From: Vulcanimicrobiota bacterium
GTDB lineage: Bacteria > Vulcanimicrobiota > Xenobia > Xenobiales > JADMJV01
Length of the DNA: 64,000 nt
Assembly: GCA_050250895.1 (NCBI GenBank)
Contig: JBFWNU010000001.1
Coordinates: 968,008-1,032,007 of the forward strand
Direction of reading: 5' to 3'
In this document: one piece after another, positions 59,027 to 64,000 of the stretch
Layout: each line of letters opens with the position of its first letter
Position numbering within the stretch: position 1 is the first letter of the stretch
Notes under the pieces: generated by a model
What the model was told of the DNA's origin: nothing
Seen by the model: only the letters and a program-made list of their open reading frames with translations
Database searches by the model: none
Program-made: the position numbers and the translations under genes

Positions 59027-59485
59027 CTATCGACCCGTCGAGCCTAAACCGCCCCGCTCGGTGGGAGTCACCCGGCCGACCTCCAGGTCCACCGTGTAAA
59101 CCTTGTCGATCTTCATCTGGGCGATGCGATCGCCGGGCTCGATGGTGAAGACCGAGCCCGACAGATTGTGGATCAGGACCTTGAGATTCTGCCGGTAGAG
59201 ATGGTCGATGGTGCCCTGGTGCACCACGATGCCGCGGCTGGCCAGACCGCTGCGTCCGCGAATCTGAGCCTCCCAGCCGGGCTCGAGTTCGATAGCCAGA
59301 CCCAAATCGATGGCCTGAGTGGCCCCCACCGCGATCCGCAGAGCGTTGGGGGAGGCCAGATCAAAGCAAGCGTCTGAAGAGTTGGCCTTATTCGGAGCGA
59401 TAGCCCGGGGATGGCGCAATTCAACCACCAGGCGAGTGTCGGTATTCACGAGTGTATCCATGCCCTCGAGTTGAAGAAAACTCAT
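59027..59485 (-). CDS. dut: dUTP diphosphatase (trimeric)
   Basis: ACFDL, GRSGLA, GTIDHLYR, GDRIAQ, RGGLGSTG motifs I-V. Confidence 0.93.
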   Translation of the reverse strand: MSFLQLEGMDTLVNTDTRLVVELRHPRAIAPNKANSSDACFDLASPNALRIAVGATQAIDLGLAIELEPGWEAQIRGRSGLASRGIVVHQGTIDHLYRQNLKVLIHNLSGSVFTIEPGDRIAQMKIDKVYTVDLEVGRVTPTERGGLGSTGR

Positions 59486-59521
59486 CGAAACTCCCGCCGA
59501 ACACGGAAACTTCTCTGGTCC

Positions 59522-61852
59522 CTACCGCCCAACCTTATCGAGACCGGCCCGCAGCAAGCCCACCAGGTTGCCCTGACCCCAGTCCCCCCGCACCAGGCGA
59601 TAGCAAAACACCTGAGCCATTCGCAAAATCTGGCGACGACGCGGCTCACCCACCTCGTCGGCCAAACGGCGCAACCGTTCTGGCAGCTCGGGTGGAAACG
59701 GCCAGGGGCAACGCGAGGCCAGCATCTCGATGGGCGACTCACTCTCATAGGCCGCGGGGTGGTTGCGAAGCAGGCCCCAGACCGCTCCCAGAGCCTGATC
59801 GACACTGCGCCCTCCTTTGAGGATGGCCAGATCCACCAGCAAACACAATTTCTCGGGATGGCGCGCAGGCAAACTCAATAGCAGCTGGCTGATGAGTTGC
59901 TCGGCCCGCTCATGCCGCCCCAACTCGATCAGTGCCTCGGCCTCCCAGCGATGCTCTTGTCCGCTCTTTTCGTTAGCCTCATGAAAGGCCTGACTGACCG
60001 CTGGCTCCAGGCTGGTGAGAGCCATCTTCAAGCGGACCGTCTCGAGTTCGCGACCTGAGTCCAGAGCCGCCAATCGAGCGGCCCGCCGCAAGTATTCGAG
60101 GGGCAGGGCGCGGGCCCGGGCAATCTTCCACCACAGCCCGGTGGGCTCAGGGTGATTGCCCAGCACCAGGGCCTGGCGGTAATGCCCGACCGCAGCACTC
60201 GCGTCCGGCAACTCTTCCGGCTTGGCCAGAGCTCCCACCTGGCCGGTCCGTGAGAAAATGGTCAAAGCTTTGAGGCGGCTCCAGAGCTTTTGCCGAGCCT
60301 CGAGATAGATACTATCCCCAAGCAGCTCCGAGGAACGTCCGCTCAACTCGCGGGCGGCCAATAACCGGCTCATTTTTCGTTGGGGACTGTGGCGCAGATG
60401 CGCCAGCCCCACCAGCGCGTAGAGCGCCGGCAAAGCGTCACGGTGCAACTCTTCTAACTGCTCGAACCACTCGGGCTCGCCGCGCTCGAAGTCCAGCACA
60501 CTATAATACGGATAACTCACGAAAGCCGGCCGGGGCACCCGCAAAGCCGACATCAAGGCGTGATAGTAGTAATACTCGGCCTCTACCAGACCACCACGAC
60601 GGGCGAAACTGTCGCCCAAGCGCATCAAGATGGGTAGATGCAGCAGGCTATCGCGGCCAACGGCCTGTTCGAGCGCCGTCTGCAGCCCGTTCATCGCCGC
60701 GTCATCCTCCACCTGGGCCAGGCGTGCGACCACGCGATAGAAGTCCGAAGTCGCCATGCTCGAGCCGTGCTTTCTGGCCAGGCTCGAAAGCCTGAGCGAG
60801 ACCTCTTCGTGACGGTCCAGGGTCACCAGGAGTTCGAGCGACTGCATCAGCAGCCCCATGTTGTCGGGCTCGAACTCGAGGGCTTTCTCGGCCAGACTCA
60901 GGGCTTGACGAGGTGCGGCGGCCTGCAGTTGGCCGGCCAGCTCGATCAGCGAAGGCACCAGACTCTCCACCAGGCGATTCGGCAAGGCCACCAGGCCGGC
61001 CACCAACTCGCCCAAAAAGCGTCGGGCCGCCTTCTCGAGTGCCTGGCTCAAAGGCACCACCCAGTCTCCCGCCCCCAGCTCGAAAGAGAGACTGCGAGGG
61101 AGCGAATCGGCCCAGACCAGCGCCCACATTCCGGCCGGCAACTCAAAGCCGACCGTATAGCCCATTCCCCCCACGACCACCGTCCCGACCGCCAGCCCCT
61201 CCGGACGGGGACCAGCCACCAGCAGTCCGGCATAGCCAAGACCCCACTCCTCGCGCAGCCGTCGAGGCACCTCGCTCAAGTCGAGAGGGACCACCCCGAA
61301 TTCGACCACAGCGTGGTCGGGGCCGAGCTTCCAGGCGGGGTTCAGGAGCTCCCCGTCGACCACCAGCTCTAAAGGAGCCAGGCTGCAGATCTCGCGCAAG
61401 AACTGAGCGTAGCGGCCTTTCTGACGCCAGCTGAAACGGTTGCGTCGCTTGGCCGGCGGACACTCCTCGACCACCGCCTGGCCGTTCTTCCAGACCAGGC
61501 GCAACCCCTCACCAGACTCATAGGTCGCTCCGCAGGAGCGCAAATAGTGGTGAGCCAGGGCCAGGTGGCCCAGCTCTGGGGCCGAGGCCCCGCCCACATA
61601 GAGTAGAAGATTCTCGAGCTGCAATCGATCCGGGCTCTGGCCATCGTGCTCGAACACCCCACCACCCGAGAATTCAGCTCGGTGAGCACCCGCCCCGATA
61701 GCCCAGGAGAGTAAGGTGAAGACGACCTGTTCGGGGTGAGCATACTGGTGCTTGGAGAGCACCTCCAGGGCCCTCTCGGGATTGACGGTGAAGGTGCCGC
61801 TCGAATCGAGGCGACCCTGCGAGCGCAGGTAATCGAGGGGGTCTTCGCTCAA
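59522..61852 (-). CDS. large hypothetical protein with a degenerate GHKL-like N-terminus and TPR-like repeats
   Basis: TTG start overlapping the upstream stop, GGAGG RBS; DSSGTFTVNPERALEVLSKHQ N-terminal motif; ALEFEPDN-type TPR helices. Confidence 0.65.
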   Translation of the reverse strand: MSEDPLDYLRSQGRLDSSGTFTVNPERALEVLSKHQYAHPEQVVFTLLSWAIGAGAHRAEFSGGGVFEHDGQSPDRLQLENLLLYVGGASAPELGHLALAHHYLRSCGATYESGEGLRLVWKNGQAVVEECPPAKRRNRFSWRQKGRYAQFLREICSLAPLELVVDGELLNPAWKLGPDHAVVEFGVVPLDLSEVPRRLREEWGLGYAGLLVAGPRPEGLAVGTVVVGGMGYTVGFELPAGMWALVWADSLPRSLSFELGAGDWVVPLSQALEKAARRFLGELVAGLVALPNRLVESLVPSLIELAGQLQAAAPRQALSLAEKALEFEPDNMGLLMQSLELLVTLDRHEEVSLRLSSLARKHGSSMATSDFYRVVARLAQVEDDAAMNGLQTALEQAVGRDSLLHLPILMRLGDSFARRGGLVEAEYYYYHALMSALRVPRPAFVSYPYYSVLDFERGEPEWFEQLEELHRDALPALYALVGLAHLRHSPQRKMSRLLAARELSGRSSELLGDSIYLEARQKLWSRLKALTIFSRTGQVGALAKPEELPDASAAVGHYRQALVLGNHPEPTGLWWKIARARALPLEYLRRAARLAALDSGRELETVRLKMALTSLEPAVSQAFHEANEKSGQEHRWEAEALIELGRHERAEQLISQLLLSLPARHPEKLCLLVDLAILKGGRSVDQALGAVWGLLRNHPAAYESESPIEMLASRCPWPFPPELPERLRRLADEVGEPRRRQILRMAQVFCYRLVRGDWGQGNLVGLLRAGLDKVGR

Positions 61853-62778
61853 AACGGTTGTCCCTCCACCACGAATCGTCGCCACCCAGCCAGCAGATGA
61901 CTCATTGCCAGGGTTCCCTCGGCGCTCAGCGCGGGATCTTGACTCTCCACCGCATAGGCCAGCACCCCGAGCCCGTGGGTCAAACCGCGAAAGAAGGCCT
62001 GAGCCCACCAGCGAGGCTCGATCTTTCCATAGGCCCGGGCGAAGCGCCTGCGGGCCCGGCTATCAAACAGGGTCAGGGCCGCGCATAAATCGGTCGAACA
62101 GCGTCCCTGGTGAAGGTCTCCCCAATCGATGACCCCGCTCAGGCGCCCGCCTTCGACCACTAAATGGCGAGAATAAAGATCGCCGTGCAAGAACACCGTC
62201 GGCGCGGCCGGCTCGAGCTCGACCTCGAGCATCTCGAGCCATTCCGCCCGCCGGTCCAGATAGCCGCGGGCAACGAGATACTCGAGCCGGCTCGATGCCT
62301 CCGGGTAACGCCCTTCCCGTCCGAAGCGTCGGCACGGATCGGTGGGCAAAGCGTCCGGCACGACGAGTTGATGCAAACGACCCAGAAAATCCCCGAAATC
62401 CTCGGCCAGCGCCTCGCGCTCGGCCGCCGGCCCGGCCCAACGGTCGACAGTCTGACCCGGTACCAGAGCGTATCCGGCGAAAGGCCAGGGGAACTCGGGA
62501 CTGGGCCGACCCACCCATACCGGAGTCGACAGGCGAGGCTCACCCAGGGCTTCCGCCACCGACGGCAGCCAGCGGATTTCGTTGTCGAGCAACTCGACGG
62601 CCAACTGACGGCGCGGAAAGCGAAAAACACCACGGCCGCCAACCAGATAGGCGGTGTTATCCCAACCCTGACCGAACTCCGCGAGTTCGTGCCCGGCAAG
62701 CTCAGGAAACTGTTGGCCAATCAGCCGCCCGGCCAGGGTTTTGTCGACCACCCGTTCAGGCTTCCAGGGTTGCTCCAT
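61849..62778 (-). CDS. APH/choline-kinase-like phosphotransferase
   Basis: GQGWDNTAY, FRFPRR, FLHGDL, GVIDWGD. Confidence 0.88.
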   Translation of the reverse strand: MEQPWKPERVVDKTLAGRLIGQQFPELAGHELAEFGQGWDNTAYLVGGRGVFRFPRRQLAVELLDNEIRWLPSVAEALGEPRLSTPVWVGRPSPEFPWPFAGYALVPGQTVDRWAGPAAEREALAEDFGDFLGRLHQLVVPDALPTDPCRRFGREGRYPEASSRLEYLVARGYLDRRAEWLEMLEVELEPAAPTVFLHGDLYSRHLVVEGGRLSGVIDWGDLHQGRCSTDLCAALTLFDSRARRRFARAYGKIEPRWWAQAFFRGLTHGLGVLAYAVESQDPALSAEGTLAMSHLLAGWRRFVVEGQPF

Positions 62779-62850
62779 GCGCGCCACTTCGCCTCGCCAG
62801 GCGACGAGTCTTTTTGCAGGTCTCACCCGCCGGGTCGAGAACCGGTGGGA

Positions 62851-63642
62851 GTGAATTCGAAACCAGTTGTACTCATTAGCGGAGCCTCTCGCGGCCTGGG
62901 CAAAGCCGTGGCTCTGTGGGTTGCGCGAGCGGGTGGCGACCTCGCCCTCATGGCTCGCTCTCGAGAATTGCTCGACGAAGTCGCGGCGGAGGCAGCCAAA
63001 GCCGGAGCCGAAGTGGAAGTGGCCGCCGCCGATGTGGCCGACCCGGCCGCCTGCGAGGCCTTTCTGGGCCGGGTGAAAGCCCGCTTCGGCCGCCTCGATG
63101 CGCTGGTCAACAACGCCGGAGTCATCGGTCCCATCGGTCCCCTCGAGACCACGGCACCCGCAGACTGGCGCTACGCGGTCGAAGTCAATCTGCTGGGCCC
63201 CTACTACTTGACCCGGGCGGCCCTACCCGCTTTGCGCCAGAGTTCAGGTCGGATCATCAACATTGGTACGGGCGCCGCCACCCAGCCCATCCCCAGCTGG
63301 AGCGCCTATTGCTCGTCGAAAGCCGCCCTGCTGCATTTCTCCCGGGTGGTAGCTAACGAAGAACCCCATTTGACCGTGGTCAACGTGGCGCCAGGCGTCG
63401 TCGAGACCGAAATGCAGGCGACCATCCGCCGCGACGGTCCGGGCCGCATGCCCAAGCAACTGGCCGACTATTTCGTTAGCTTGAAGACGGCGGGCCAACT
63501 CGAACCGCCCGAGGTTCCCGGCAAGGTGATCGCCTGGCTTGCGCTGGAGGCACCCAAGCGCTGGACCGGGGCCGAAGTGAGCTACGACGACCCGCAGCTG
63601 GCGGCCCAGCTGCAGACCAGTGAAGTCTTTGCCTCGCTATGA
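62851..63642 (+). CDS. SDR oxidoreductase (sepiapterin/benzil reductase-like)
   Basis: SGASRGLG, NNAGVIGPI, WSAYCSSKAA, APGVVETEMQ; GTG start. Confidence 0.88.
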   Translation: MNSKPVVLISGASRGLGKAVALWVARAGGDLALMARSRELLDEVAAEAAKAGAEVEVAAADVADPAACEAFLGRVKARFGRLDALVNNAGVIGPIGPLETTAPADWRYAVEVNLLGPYYLTRAALPALRQSSGRIINIGTGAATQPIPSWSAYCSSKAALLHFSRVVANEEPHLTVVNVAPGVVETEMQATIRRDGPGRMPKQLADYFVSLKTAGQLEPPEVPGKVIAWLALEAPKRWTGAEVSYDDPQLAAQLQTSEVFASL

Positions 63643-64000
63643 AGAGATTTCTGTTGGGGTTGCTCGTCTTCCTGGCAGGCCTGGCCCGGGCCGACGACTA
63701 TAGCCAGACCGCCAGGACCATCATCGAGGGCTCTCAGCAGCGCGGCCAACCGTACCAACGGTTAGCCTACCTTTGCGACACCTTCGGGCCCCGGCTCAGT
63801 GGCAGCCAGGCCCTCGAGCAGGCCATCGACTGGGCCTATGCCGAGATGCGCAAAGACGGTCTCGAAAACGTGCGCACCCAGTCGGTCCAGGTCGCCAACT
63901 GGAAGCGAGGCGACGAAAGACTGCAACTGCTGGCTCCGTATCAAGCCGAACTGCCCGTGCTCGGGCTGGGCATGTCGGTGGGCACTCCTGAGGAAGGCAT
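63639..64000 (+). CDS. M28 family carboxypeptidase Q-like peptidase, N-terminal part (runs off the window)
   Basis: My translation: MKRFLLGLLVFLAGLARA signal, YQRLAYLCDTFGPRLSGS, WKRGDE, LGLGMSVGTPEEG. Confidence 0.88.
   Translation, partial: MKRFLLGLLVFLAGLARADDYSQTARTIIEGSQQRGQPYQRLAYLCDTFGPRLSGSQALEQAIDWAYAEMRKDGLENVRTQSVQVANWKRGDERLQLLAPYQAELPVLGLGMSVGTPEEG

Noticed and set aside
59027-59485. dUTPase as a prophage marker
   Set aside because: No phage structural genes, integrase or compositional shift nearby
61849-62778. Aminoglycoside resistance gene
   Set aside because: Only generic APH-fold motifs and no mobile context; substrate cannot be assigned
62164-62850. N-terminal extension of the SDR as a fusion domain (likewise 6164-6442 for the mutase)
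   Set aside because: The extensions overlap real genes and read as noise; downstream GTG starts fit the family lengths

Overview
High-GC bacterial chromosome segment with about 65 CDS. I saw no rRNA, tRNA, CRISPR array, transposase or integrase. The pilin-like and lineage-specific hypothetical proteins and the tagO-wecB-atp-murA-mreB order suggest a Terrabacteria lineage such as Ca. Eremiobacterota (inference, not checked). Core content: methylmalonyl-CoA operon (mce, mutA, mutB/scpA, meaB), a COG0523 GTPase, a fused LeuD-LeuC-type dehydratase, peptidases, tyrA, folB, folK, a pteridine reductase, a full F1Fo ATP synthase operon, murA, an mreB paralog, two-component systems and dut. Most unusual signals: (1) a minor type IV pilin fused to a c-type cytochrome, in a PilX/W/V-like triad divergent from a cytochrome c lipoprotein and near a pilC paralog; (2) an ECF sigma factor whose coupled anti-sigma has a pilin globular domain outside the membrane; (3) a bacterial HPF1/DUF2228-like protein lacking the catalytic acidic motif; (4) two long non-coding intervals sharing an AGACGGT heptamer run and long-range inverted repeats; (5) a His-Pro-Gly tandem-repeat/EF-hand-like protein and a His-loaded ATP synthase subunit a. 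Family calls come from motif recognition by eye; no database search was run.
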